Below are positions 1 through 13,081 of a DNA stretch of 64,000 nucleotides, piece after piece (the first letter of the stretch is position 1; each line of letters begins with the position of its first letter). Both the position numbers and the translations under genes were made by a program. The notes under the pieces are model-generated. The model saw only the letters and a list, made by a program, of their open reading frames with translations, did no database searches and was not told where the DNA came from. This DNA is from Penicillus capitatus (lineage: Eukaryota > Plantae > Chlorophyta). Location: contig OZ287697.1 of assembly GCA_965649825.1 (NCBI GenBank), positions 583,635 to 647,634 of the forward strand, given 5' to 3'.

Positions 1-3000
1 GAATGGTAATGATGACGATGACGATGATGGTGGAGGTGGAGGAGATGATTGATTTCTGTTTGTTTTTAGCTATCAGTTGTGATTTATCTACTCTGGAATA
101 GAATTTTTTTCTCTGCATGATATTTCATTCGTGTTGTAGCGATTTTTTTTTCATGTTGGTTCGCTGCTTCTAATCCTTTCCTTTATGTTTCTTTCATGTT
201 GTTCCGTTTTGGTTTTAGTAGCAACTAAGCACTAGGTTACGGATGAAACGCCTAAATAATCTGTATCACTTCTGTTGTACATCTGATTTTTTCCTCTGAT
301 TGTTGCTGTTTCTGTGTGGACATTGAATATAATAATCTTACTGTTTTAATAAAAGGATCCCTCGGCTAATTTGACGTGCTGACTTGTAAAACACTTGCAT
401 CTTCGGGACGTTTTGTTCATTTGCGATGTTACAGGAACAGACGAGTACGATGATTCTGCCCGAGAACGATCTTGATGCATGTTTTTGCGCAACTGTCAGG
501 CTGCGCACAAGTAGCAATCCTCGTTGGGACAGAAATGTCGACATTTCAACTTTTAGGGCCAGACGTCAGCAACAGGTTTCTCCAGACTGTGTAAGTTACA
601 GATCTTGATAATTGAGGGCGTCGGCGGGCGTAAGCCGTGATAGTGATCGAGTTCCTTTCGCTTTCGCCGAGATCGACAGCTTCTTTGTGGAGATGTGTAA
701 CACTTGCTTTGTCTTTTAAACAAGCTGTGCCTATGTCAATGGAGGATATACATCGAATCGAAAGCACGTTCCCCCGCACACATGTCCAGAAGAAACACGT
801 TTGCGAATTCTGTTTAGTCGGAAAACAACAAATAACCATTATGTTTAACGTCTGCGACAGACGGGACACTTCGACGCGAAACCTGCAATGCGGAATGCAG
901 AGAGGAGGAATAGGATTGCAAGGTGTGGCGACTGCATCGTTCGGACGCGACTCCGATGAATGGCAGTATCGAGAGTTTTCATCGACTGGTCATTCTATCT
1001 CAAAATCTGCGATTCTTTTGGGCATTCACTTTCTTGTTTTTGCTGACGCCGCGAGTCCCAGACGGACTCTTCTGGTGCAAAGTGTTCGCAAACAGCCGTG
1101 GGTAGATCAAATGTACAAGCGACAGCGACAAGTGTACACAACGCCGACATCTGGCAACATGACAGATAGCAGGAGTGTGTTCTTTGTATGGAAGTTTCAG
1201 AATTTGCCAATGAGTCTATTGCGATTTAAAGTACAACTTTCGCCGGATTCACCAAACAAACATTACAGTTCGGTTCGATTGTTTCTTTAAGGGATTATTC
1301 TTAGCATTGGCGAGATACGAAACATCGGTTAAAAAAGGCCAAGACAGGTTAAAAGCGGGTTCTGAGTTTTCTTAGATAGAAATTTTTAGAAGCAGACATG
1401 CGTGACATCTGCCGCCAATCGGCCGCGAAGCAAGAGCGCTAACAAACGAAAAACGTTAGGCGGTTCGGGGAAAGGTGTCCTGATGCTCAGAATCGACGTT
1501 TTGTACCCGCATGGTGACTCGAATTCCTAGACAGATAAGTCATCATACTCTCAGTGCGAGAGAAAAGAGGCCCTTCACTGTCCATGAGACCGCCAATTCC
1601 GCGCCACAAACGATGCGCATTACCGACCACCAGAAAAGATTGTCGGCAAGATTGTTGTAGCGTGCGGAAACTTTGTTTTGTTTTAAAAGACAGATGTTTC
1701 TCAAAAGACAAACCGTGTTCGAATAACCCCCTTTTATATGCTTTCTTAGCATGACGTTATTCTCTCGTCATGCCTTACGTAATGATGTTTTCTTCTTTCC
1801 AGATTCTTCAGCTTCCTTGATGTGACATTGTCTTTGTCGATGTGACTGTCTTGTCGTGGAAGGGGTCATGTGCTCGGGGGGGTTATTGGTTTTCTTGTCA
1901 GACGAGGACCAAGTGCGTCTGGAGACGCCTTTTCTATGTTTATGGGTACGGGCCTACTCGTCCGATTAGGAACTCGGTCATCATGCGAATATTTAATGGG
2001 CGATCAGTATCATTCTGGACCTTGCTCCTAAAACTTGTAAAGACTTCCGCTGTTTATCGTTTTCGCTGTGCGGCCGACCGGCGTGAAGGTAGACGCCATC
2101 TTTAACGTTACGCCGGATCCTAGATTTTTGACTCCATTTGATCTGCATGTTCAAGAGTTACACAATGGTTTCTCATGACTGTTAGGTGTGAGCGGAGTAA
2201 GATGGGACAGATGGGATCGAGGGAACTAGAAGCATCCAGAACCTTCGAATTCATGATTAAATTGAACTTGATGGATTGAAACATGTGTCGGAAGGACTGG
2301 GGCTGTCACATCATGACTGCCTCGTTGGCTAAGGGTTCTGTCTCCAAAGGGACGCTTAGATGAGGTTTACGTTAACCTACGGATCCTTTCCCGTGGTCAT
2401 GATAGGCCGGCGAGTCATCTGTCATATCACCTGTGGCATACAAATACTTGAACGTGGACATTATACACCTTTGCTCTCTAACACGTGAAGCCTTCCATCG
2501 ACATGGTTTAGGAGCGCTGTTGAACCTCGAAGTTTCCGAATCTTTGTAAGTGTTTGTCCACGCGCTGATAATCAGTGTTAAAACGCGGTGACGCTAAATT
2601 ATGGGTCTGGCTAACAATAGGTAAGTACGACTCTTGGTTTTTAGTGAGAAACCATTATGTTGATTTCGGGAATTAACTTTTCGGAAAAAACCAGTTTGGA
2701 AAAATGGATGTGAGCTGACAGTGATGAGATAGATGCATCGTGGACAACCAATGAGGCTATTTTTGTGTCGCGTTGTCGACGAACGACGCGATTACGACGA
2801 AGGCATATTGGTTACAAAGACTACTTTAACGTTCACAAGTTCGGATTTTATACGCGTCAAACGTCATATCAATGCGTCTCCGAGGCAACTGTACGAAGGT
2901 GGACAAGCTGTTCACTAAAATATTGCTTGTCACGCTCTCGCGTTAATGATCTTCATTTATGTGGTTTGTCATATCGTGTCTGCCTCGTTTTCTCGAGGTG

Positions 3001-3400
3001 CTGTCTACTAAGGGGCGCTGATAAATGGTTCGCGACATCTCAGAGGTATTTTCTTCTTTCTCTGAGAGTCGGATGGCTCACCTGTCAAGTCACAATTAGC
3101 GTATAAATCGAAGAGTCCGCACATTAAACTACCTTTGCTCTGTAAGCTTGAAAGTCTTCCGCTGAATTGTTTCTTTAGCGCGGCGTTTCCACGCGACATT
3201 GCTCATGTAATAATCATCTGCTTTCCTCGATACATCGTCAGGTCACACTGTTTTCGTCCATCAAGACTCCATTTCATTTTGCGAACTATACTTATAATGG
3301 ATAGAAGCAAGTCGAAGACGGACAATGTATCCACAGTATATTTGCGTTGGATTGTTGAGGGAGGATATGTCTAGCGGGATCAAGACTCGTTCGGCTGTAG

Positions 3401-3882
3401 TCTTTTGCTCGATCAATCCTTTTGTCCTACTGCAAGGAAGCACGCTCATCGGCGGACTCCTCCAAACGGTTCTGGGCGACGCAGCATCGGCCCGGACGAT
3501 CTTTCTGCATCCATTGACCATTGCTGGGTGGTGTGGACTGACCACCACTGCGCTGAATGCGCTCCCTGTCGGTAATCTGGACGGCGGTGGAATGATGCTG
3601 TCAGCATACGGACTGCGATCTCTCAACGTTTCGTCGGTCTTCACATACGCGGGTCTGGCGTTGGGAATCATTGGAAGCTCGCTGGCCTTGCCATTTGGAC
3701 TGTACATATTGATCTGTGATCGAGAGCCCGAGGTCTACATTCAGAATCAGGTCACACCAACGGAGCGCACACGGCAATGGATCACTGCGATCTCCATTGT
3801 TCTCGCTATTCTCGTGTTGCTTCCGATGGGACTGTTTGATACGAACGACGCGGGTCTGGGTCCGGGAGGACCTATGATCTAA
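3401..3882 (+). CDS. EGY1: EGY1-like thylakoid M50 metalloprotease, C-terminal part only
   Basis: HPLTIAGWCGLTTTALNALPVGNLDGG and LALPFGLYILICDREPE match the EGY1 C-terminus. The HExxH-containing N-terminal part was not found upstream in the window. Confidence 0.75.
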
Positions 3883-3953
3883 CGGACAAAAAACCTTTCG
3901 TAACGTTTTTGCGATTCCTTGAAAAAGAACGCGACCCTATTAAAAACGTATCT

Positions 3954-5120
3954 TTACGCCATCGACATTCCACCGTCAGTGACGATAGTTTGACCCGTTA
4001 TGTAAGCCGCAGCAGGATCCATCGCCAGAAATCTCACCAAACCGGCCACCTCCTCTGGAGTTCCATACCTCCCTACACACAACATTCCTCAGCGCCAGTC
4101 AGGAGATGGAACAGAATGACTCAGAGCAATCCTGCGACATATTTCTTCCTGCTGCTCCTTGCTAAGAAGATGCGTCATGTCGGTTACAATGAACCCAGGT
4201 GCCACGGCGTTGACGGTGATGTTCCACCTTCCCCACTCTTTAGCGCAGGCTTTGGTCAGACCAATCAAGCCTGCCTTGGCCGCTGAGTAGTTGACTTGGC
4301 CAATGTTTCCCATTAGTCCAGAAATCGAAGAGATGTTAATGATCCGTCCCTTTTTCTTCTTCGACATGATCTTGGTCGCAGCCTGACCCATACAACGTCT
4401 GCGCAATCGTTCTGGTCGGACGTCGATCGATACCTGCGTGAGGTAGAAGGCGGACGACAGGTTTGTTTCGATGACATCCTGCCATTGCTCGGGTTTCATG
4501 CGCATCATCAGCGTATCTCTGGTGATGCCTGTCCACAGAGGTCTGCCAATGCCGAAGCATGAAAGTGATCGCTGCACCTGCGTTGTTCACCAAGACGTCG
4601 ATTGTCCCCCACTTCTCCACGACCAGCTTCACCATCTCATTTATCTGCTCCCTGTCGCTGACATCCGCCTTCACCGCGAGCGCAGAACCGCCAGAAGACT
4701 CAATGACAGTCGCCACTTCGTCCGCTGCTTCCGACGACGATACGTAATTGACAGCGACCTGGCCAGTTGCACATCAGATCCCGTCACCCAATCGACGACA
4801 CAGCACCTTCGCCCCGGCTCCTCCAAGTTCGAGTGCAATTGCTCTGCCAATCCCGCGAGATGCACCGCTCACCAAACAGACAGGAGGAGCCTCCACTGTC
4901 AAAAACAGGACCTCCGTCTTCGGACAGTGAGCCGGGAGACGGACCCTGGACGTCAGTTTTGGATGCTTCCGTCTGGTCTGAGGTTGTCGCTCTAATCTCA
5001 GGGATTCTTCGCTTGGTGCTGAGTGTCCTATCTCGATCGAAAGTTGAACGATCTCGCTGTTTCACTTGATTTGAGACACTGTAGGGTTGACCTAACACGC
5101 GATCACAAAATACTCGCACG
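3954..5120 (-). CDS. fabG: 3-oxoacyl-ACP reductase (plastid FabG), multi-exon
   Basis: [21 protein letters not shown]|[13 protein letters not shown] (YxxxK) and [17 protein letters not shown]...DGGMSMA*. Intron 4383-4433 is 51 nt GT-AG. The start is approximate. Confidence 0.93.
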
Positions 5121-5279
5121 GCGCATTCGTGCTAAACAACGACGCACATTTAACAGATATCGTCCGCCGCGTCGCACGGGAAAGAAGTTGTGTTCGCGCC
5201 GTAAAGACGGATGAGGAGGACATTGTAGTCGAGATCCTTGAAACGACAGTCAGGTCCTTTCGTTTCCTTCTTCGACAAA

Positions 5280-7869
5280 ATGTTCTTCTCCGCCACGCTT
5301 CTCTGCCGCAAGACCGCTATCGGGGCGCTGTGGTCACCCACACTTACGCAATTTCGTTACTGACTGTCTTTCTTGCGTAGGATCTTGGCACACGGTAAGC
5401 GAATGAGCCGTCATGCCATCTTGGCTATCCACATCGACGACGCCTGGTGAGATACCTTCATCTTGTGCCGATCGCTGACGACGTTTTCTGAGCTGCAGTC
5501 GCAGAATTCAGACGCCCGAGGTGCCGCTTTCTCTCAGACTGCAGAGCATTTTGATCGGTCGGAGACCAATACCGGCGCATCTAACCGTCTGATGACGATC
5601 GGCACTGCAGGTGGACTGGTCCTTGCGTACAAGAAGCAGCAGGGATATCTCCTCGACGAACTGCGCAGCTTCACAGTACCTTCTGCCATGCCGCATGACT
5701 TAAGAGACAGATGTCTTCTGCAAAGTAGAAGAGGATCAATAACGCATGCGTTGATGCGGACGCTGTGAATAATCAATTGGTCAAGGAAGCGACGATTTTG
5801 CAAGAAAAGTGCGATACAGTGGAGTCGAGAAGAGGTCGATGAGATGGAGATCTTTGTGCAGATTGTTAGCAGTAACGAATCTGGAATCTGTGGACCAGCG
5901 AGTGACCTTACGCATCGGCCCACTAATGCACACTGGCGCGGATCTCTGTCCAGCGTTGCCCCAGGTATGTCAAATATGACCTTACTAACTCGACATCGCC
6001 GATGAGTGATGCAGAATGTTGATGAGTGGGAAACGGTACCAATTCTTCTTGACTCTGCCATGACACCATTGCCTAGTATTCTATGTTCTGAAGTGTATTC
6101 ATAAAACTATCCGCGAGATGTTTAGATGCTGTTGGTATGGATCCTTTCCTCTTGGATATTGGACAAAAGATGTCCGCTGGTCCGGATACACAGTATGTTT
6201 TTCATCACTCTTTTCATCACTGGGAGGAGTTCTGTCTGGTAACAAGGGGACAGATGCGTGAGGATCTTGACAAGGAGTTACCTCCATTGCCAGATCTGGA
6301 ACTTCTAAATGTGGACATGATAAATAATCAAGGAACAGAGCGACCTGGAATGGAGTGGATGCAGATTGATGAGCCAGACTTGCCGTACAATGTCACACTT
6401 CCACATGCTGACGTGGCAAACGATGTCCGTACTTCTGGACAACCTCCCAGAAAAACCACACCAGTGTTCAATCGAATTCACTGTCCCCGATGATCCTTTT
6501 TGCTTAGACGAGTGATACATCTTCTGAGGAAACGGCTAGACCGTTGAAGTCAAAAAGAAAGAGAAAACAGCGATACAGACTCGACAATCCAAACAACATG
6601 GTTATCAGTGACAGAGTAAGCAGTCCAGCAAAGGACATCTTAACAAACATATTGTGCAGCGTTATCGTCAGTGGTTGGACGACATGGAGGATCTGAAGGT
6701 CCACAAACCGCGTCGCAAACAGGCCAGATTGCATGAGAACGCGTGCCTGTCTATGCCAGCCACGATGCACCAGTCGGGACTCTGGGGTCGTCGTCTGATT
6801 CAGATCATCGAGAAACGCTTTGCATTGCACAAAGAGACGAAAACGAGAAAACTTCCACGGAAGAAGCAAGATACAGTCTTGCTCAATGCAGATTCTGAGA
6901 GTTCCATCTTCAAGAACGTCCAAGGTGTTGTGAGTTTCGTCTATTTTGATGCGACGTCATTGCCTGCAGAGATGTCATCGGTGATGGATATGATCGATCC
7001 AGCAGAGGCTCAAATGCACATCCCTCCAGTCCCAGACGAAACGTATGGATTTCAAATGGGTGGAGCATCGCAGGGAGAGGCTTCGATTCCATCCCAGATC
7101 GACAAGTCCCCTCGCGACATCTCTCTGATTAAGCTGACCGAGAGAACAACAATAGGTTACGTGCTGCCCTTTCTACTCCAATGACGGCTGCGCATCTCGA
7201 AATGGGCAAGACCCCTCCTGGGTCTAGTGTCCATCCACCAAGTAATGGTCCCAAATGCAACAGGAGCTTTCAAGAAGAGACGAAATGTCTTGTCTCAGAT
7301 GTACAGGACGGCAGCGATTTGAGTTCATTGAATCTGAGTCGCAGGACGCTGCGGCAAAGCAGTGGCAATCGAGGCACGCCGGGACTCAGTATTCTTTCCT
7401 GTACTCCCTCGTTCACCGAAGCCCCTCTTTTGCCCATCCTCGAAGAAGAACATCAGATTGGAGATGAGAACACCCATGGACTTCATTTATCATCTAGAAC
7501 GCCATTACCACCTCCAGCTGTTCATCAGAGTACCTTTGCCGTTATCGAGTGCTTCCCGAGAATTACATAGACAAGTGCCCTTCACTAACGAGCTCTCTGC
7601 CGTGGCACAGATGTTTGAGACAGAGACTGGAGGAAGATCAAATAAGAGAACAGCCTACAACATTTTTCCAGATCTCTTCCCATCTTTCTCGCTTCCAAGT
7701 GGCCAAACTCTTCTACCAGCTTTGCGGTATAGTATCCACACACTGTATGATATTCTCTTTATCTGTTTTGCTTGCTTCTTTGACAGTGATCTCTGCACAC
7801 GGTTTCGTCAGAGCGGAACAGGTCGGTGCTTTTGAAGACATTACCATCCTCCGCGGGATGCACATGTGA
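5280..7869 (+). CDS. REC8: Cohesin kleisin subunit, RAD21/REC8 family (probably REC8-like)
   Basis: Spliced N-terminus MFFSATLLCRKTAIGALW|ILAHGKRMSRHAILAIHIDDA...IQTPEVPLSLRLQSILI|GGLVLAYKKQQGYLLDE fits Rad21_Rec8_N. The C-terminus VAKLFYQLC...HGFVRAEQVGAFEDITI fits the winged-helix end. REC8 versus RAD21 is less certain. Confidence 0.85.
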
Positions 7870-8525
7870 ATCATTTCATTTCGTTCAGAGCGACATCTCA
7901 AACAGAAAACACAGGGAGGGGTTCATTTCATTTGACGATGATCCTTCCATCGTCACGTTATCAGGGAGTATGTGAACATCTCACAAGTAGAAACCGTTTT
8001 TGGGTATACGGTGATTGCATTGTATTAGAGTGAGATGTCGGAGTGAGAGTTTCTTTTTTTACAAAAACGATGGCATGTCTATATCCAATTGGCTAAACTT
8101 TTGCCTCGGCAGTGGAAGGAGTCTCCGCCGGTTTTCCACTCGCGAAATATTTCCGTCCTCCGTAGATCGCCACAGTCCATCCGCCCAATACGGCAAAGAC
8201 CACCTAATGAGATTCATCCTTTGCAACCGGAAAGAGTCTCTCGCTTCCCGACCGACCTGTTCTTTCTTCCACTTCGAAGGACTTGTAGGCGCTTCCCAAA
8301 AATTGACATACTCTTCATGACCTGGTCATCACGGTCGTTCTTCTGGACAGATCAGTCGTCTCGTGGCCTACCGGTCGCAAGACCTCTTTTCTGGAATCCG
8401 GCCTGCATCCGACGAAGACCTGGCAGTAACACCGTGCGCAACATCTCGTCTCCAATTACGACTGTTGATGCACTTCATTCAAAAAAGCCCGTTCTGTTGC
8501 GTCGCATTTGTCGCTGTGGCAGACT

Positions 8526-9837
8526 ATGGGTTTCAACGGACTGATCGTCCATTCGACAAGAGGATCTTTTTTGCCTCTTCCTCGCAAGCCTCATCGTTCA
8601 CATCCTCAGCCGACCACACGTAAATCTGCCTTTCGACACGCTCAGGATGTGTTTGATGGTCGCCTGATGCAGGCCGGTGTGTGAGAGTCCACGCAGCAAA
8701 GAAAGAGAAATTTCTGTGGGAGGCATTGCGAGAGGCGATCGACGAAGAGATGGAACTCGATCCGAAAGTTCTCGTTATTGGTTGGAGCTTCCTCCCGCCT
8801 TCCATTTTACACACCTTGCGTCAATGCAGGAGAGGATGTGGGTCATTACGGTGGAAGTTACAAAGTCACATATGATCTTTACAAAAAATACGGCGAAATG
8901 CGTCTCCTCGACACCCCGATCTGTGGTGATGTCCTCACAGATCTTAATGCCCGGATGTGACGTTAGCTACTGACAGAGAACAGCTTCATGGGGATGGGTA
9001 TTGGGGCTGCTATGACAGGACTGCGTCCCATTGTGGAAGGCATGAACATGGGATTTCTCTTGCTCGCCTTCAATCAAATTTCCAACAACAGTGGCATGTT
9101 GCACTACACATCCGGCGGGCAATTTAAAGTTCCCATGGTGATTCGTGGCCCAGGAGGTGTGGGACGGCAATTGGGTGCCGAACATTCACAGAGACTCGAA
9201 TCATACTTCCAGTCCATACCTGGTGTACAGCTCGTGGCCTGCTCGACTGTCAGAAATGCAAAGGCCCTTCTCAAATCTGCCATCCGCAGCGATAATCCCA
9301 TCATCTTCTTTGAACATGTCCTCCTGTACAATCACAAGGGCGAAACAGAAGAAGGGTATCTTCAGCCATTAGAGAGAGCAGAGGTGGCGCAAGAAGGAAC
9401 AGATGTGACGATTCTGACCTACAGTCGCATGCGTTATACTGTCCTCCAGGCAGTGCAAGAACTGAAGAAGAGAGGCATCTCAGCAGAGGTCACTTCCCAA
9501 TAGCTTCCACTTCATTTTGTTCAGGCGTGCCTCTTAGGTCGTCGATCTCATCAGTCTCAAGCCGTTTGATATGGAGACGGTAGCGCGAAGTGTGAGAAAG
9601 ACCCGCAAAGCTGTCATCGTGGAGGAGTGCATGAAAACGGGAGGCATTGGTGCGTCACTCTCTGCGGTGATCTCAGAGAGCCTTTTTGACGACTTGGATC
9701 ATCAAGTGATCCGTTTGAGCTCTCAAGACGTTCCGACTTCCTACGCCCGTGAACTCGAAGCAGCCACTATCGTGCAGCCGGAAGACGTCATCCATGTCGT
9801 TGAGAAGATGATGGGGGTGACAGCGCACACCGTTTAG
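8526..9837 (+). CDS. pdhB: Plastid pyruvate dehydrogenase E1 beta subunit
   Basis: [19 protein letters not shown]|[35 protein letters not shown] and [11 protein letters not shown], with a transit-peptide-like N-terminus from ATG 8526. Confidence 0.96.
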
Positions 9838-9844
9838 TGTCTTT

Positions 9845-11742
9845 TCATTTTCGCCCTTTTGTACGATGCGTTTTGTTTTCCCTTGTTTGTTGTCGGCGTT
9901 CTTCTATCCATGTCTCTCGATCGATACCACGTTCGGCAAGCTCCTGTTCAAGCGCTTCTCTCTTGGCCTCTCGTTGCTGTCTCTTCTCTTTGACCCATTC
10001 CTGATACTTCTCCATCACATCCTGCACATCTCGGTGCATGGATTCATCATAGTTGACAAGCTTTAGTGCATCCGACCATTCCTTCCAATCCGGTAACTGC
10101 AAGAGGCGATTGACCTCAGGCAACATAACCTCTTCGAGAAAGCGCTTCTGGAGTGCTGATCCTCCATCTCTTAGCCGAAGTCGTTCGCCAGACCATTTGG
10201 AAACAACCGATTCTTGGCCTCTGTTCGCAGGAAAAGTTGCAAAATCGTTGTCAACTAGAACGAGTGGCTGCGGCAATGCCAGTGGCAGATGGATGCGGAT
10301 GCATGCCTTCAGACTGGCTTCCAGTACGGACAGTGAGATCAACTTCCTGGCAACAGCCACGCCCGCTCCAATCATATGACGTATCTGATGGAGCATAAAG
10401 GAACTGCCTTTCACTTCGCAACGGATGGCCATGGCACCTCCTGCGTCACAACATGAGAGCGTTTTTTGATGAAGGGAATAGATGTGCCTGGAATCAGAGG
10501 TGCAGGATCGGCTGCCGTAAAGCTCTGAATGCAACGGTAGTGTGGTGCCACAACTCTGTCCGAAGGATCGTCCAGTTCTTTGAACTCCAAATTCCAAAAA
10601 CGCCATCTTCCAGTTTCCTTCTCCCTCTGTAGCAATTCCTGCGTGGCATGGCCGTAGACTTACATCCAATCCAATGGGATATGACTTCGTAGTTAGGAGG
10701 AGTGGTGGATTCGCTGACCTCTTCCTCTTCGGGCTGACCCGTCTCCTCTTCCTCTTCCTCCTCTTCCACGAAACGGCGTTTCTGTCGATTTCTTTTTCCA
10801 TAGCTCCACGGATCGTGTCCATCAATGTATTGCTTCCGCTTTGTATAGTTATGAAAAGCGTGGCGTCCACAAAACATCTGAAGTGCCGTTCTGAATCGTT
10901 CAATGCACTCCTTTCCTTCCATCTCTCCCTATACTTCCTTTCAACTTCGCAACATAGATCTCACTCAATGCTCTCGAATCTCACATTTTCTGTTAGCAAG
11001 GAGAGGGGAACGTAGTAGCTGTATGTGCGTGATGTGCATGCCTTTCGTGCAAAGAACCCATCGTTTACTCTTTGAACCGAGAAGACCCGTATTTCAGGAG
11101 GTAGATGCGCTGAAATCTTCTCTGCCAATTCCAGCCCCTCCGGATCTCTGTCAAACATCTTCTCATCCACTAAACATTTCATAGCCACCACCTGTCCCAT
11201 CAGTCACTACGATCGACGATACATCAGGGATGAAAGATGTGACCGTGGCCAAGGAATGGACGCCTTTGTCTGTTCGGCTGCTCCGAGACCAGTTGATCTT
11301 GGAGAGGGAAACCGCATTCGATTCCGTCACGCAGCCACTGGCGCGGAGAGCCGCGAGCAAGACACTCTCAATCGTCTTGACGTGCTCCAATGAACTGAAC
11401 TGCAGACCTGCGCATCCTTTCTGATCGAAGGTGGTCTTGGACAGAAGTACGGAAGAGGTTACCGCTGTAGTCGGTACCGACGTAGCCGAGATGCAACCCC
11501 ACTTTACGCTTGACAAGGCCCGCTTCTTTTGCAGCTTGCTTTTCAGAAAGACGCCTGGCTCGTGTTTCTTCGTCGACGTCCATGTCACTCAATCTCCTCG
11601 AACGGGCATAAGTGAGGGACCAATGCTGTGCGGAAGGACGAGGGCGAAATGGTCGCCGAAAAGGAGTGCTTTCAGGCAGTGTCCTCGATAATAGGTGTAC
11701 GCGACGGACAAGCGGGCGCAGAGATGACGCAGATACAGACAT
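9845..11742 (-). CDS. PUS1: tRNA pseudouridine synthase, TruA/PUS1 family
   Basis: KRKVGLHLGYVGTDYSG, RSSRTDKGVHS (catalytic Asp), RTYSYYVP, HAFHNYT and SFMLHQIRHMIG. Confidence 0.92.
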
Positions 11743-11777
11743 GGAAGATGTCGAACATGCGTCAAGTCTTTTCTAGT

Positions 11778-12939
11778 TTACTCGATCAAATGCAAGACGC
11801 CTTTGCCATCGAAGATGTCATAGAAAAGGAAGTTCTGTACCGGATCTCCTTTGAGTGACACAATCTTGACGATTTCGTTTGCCATCATGCCGCCCATCAC
11901 TGAACAGACAGGCGCAAATTCACCTGCGCCTTCCAGATAGAGATGAAGTATCCGAAGATCCAGTGGCGTCTCGGAGATTTTCTCTATAGCCAATTGCCTC
12001 AACTCTTCCTCATCGGATGCGATAGGTGGCCGATGCTTCATAAGCTCAAATTCCAGGCAGACTAAAGAAAGGCACACGGCATCTCACTCTTCTGTAGCAA
12101 CAATGAGAGAGAAAAGACTTCTGAGAACGGCATAGAGTCCGTGGAGTTTTCTTGGCATGTTGTCCATCGAAACGGACAGCGCTTGTTGCAGCGTATTGAA
12201 CTGCATGGTGCGCTCTCGTTGATCTTCATCCTATCAGACGAAACGGGAATGAGATGATGAAAGAATGAGGAGGCGGTTGTGAACATCTGCGGTATAAGTG
12301 TGGTGCAGGAGATCGAGAAACATCCATCCGAACGGTCCATTAGATCGAGCACAACAGAAAGGCACCCCAGCTTCGCGGCAAAGCGTATTGACAGTGACTT
12401 GATCGGTTAGACTCCCTCCCGTGAAGCACACGACATCAAAGGGCTTAAGGGCTTCTGCACTGAGAACGTTGTTTTCGAATTGGGAAACGGTCACCAAAGG
12501 ATTCATCTCTTGCAGTTCTCTTACACAGGATGCCGTTGGACTAGTGAGACGGATAAGAATTCAAAAGAGTGAAAAAGAGTGAGAATGTCAAACTTGAGAT
12601 ATGGATGACAATTGGTGAAGAAACTGCCGTCTTCAATGGTGCTGAAGGAATAGGAACCGGAGAACAGAGAAACAGATCCCACACCAGCCAGGACGATATT
12701 CTTAGCCACCTGGTCGGTCACACAATCTCTGCTCATCGACTCTCGATGATCTCACACAAATACCTCAGCCGACAGAACATTGCTCCCCACGACGAGGACT
12801 TTTGCCCTTTGTAGTCTGACAGCGCATAGATTCAGGCGTGGCAGGAGTGTGTGTCCGTCTACCGTTTTTGTACATGGATGCCCCATACTCTGAGCTGCCT
12901 GTCGTAGATGGCGTTTTCCTGTGGCGTAAAGTCGTTCAT
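11778..12939 (-). CDS. SAE1: SUMO-activating enzyme subunit 1 (SAE1/AOS1)
   Basis: MNDFTPQENAIYDRQLRVWG, AKVLVVG, KNIVLAGVGSVSL, and C-terminal EFAPVCSVMGGMMANEIVKIVSLKGDPVQNFLFYD. Confidence 0.9.
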
Positions 12940-13081
12940 TGCCGTTGATGCCGTGATGCAATTGAGTCCGACGATTCCATCCGTATCATCTTTGACACCG
13001 CGTGCATCAATATCCATTCACCATTTCCATCACGGCCCTGCGCGTTTCCGGACACCGTCGCCGAGAAGTGTACGCTGCGTA

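Noticed and set aside
637-1290. 217 aa ORF as a gene
   Set aside because: It has no recognisable motif and a non-ATG start. Left unannotated within the unexplained left region.
1554-1754. Cys-rich ORF resembling a piggyBac C-terminal domain
   Set aside because: The Cys/His spacing is incomplete and there is no DDD transposase core nearby.
8089-8544. 151 aa ORF upstream of pdhB
   Set aside because: It has no homology, and the true pdhB start is better explained by ATG 8526 in another frame.
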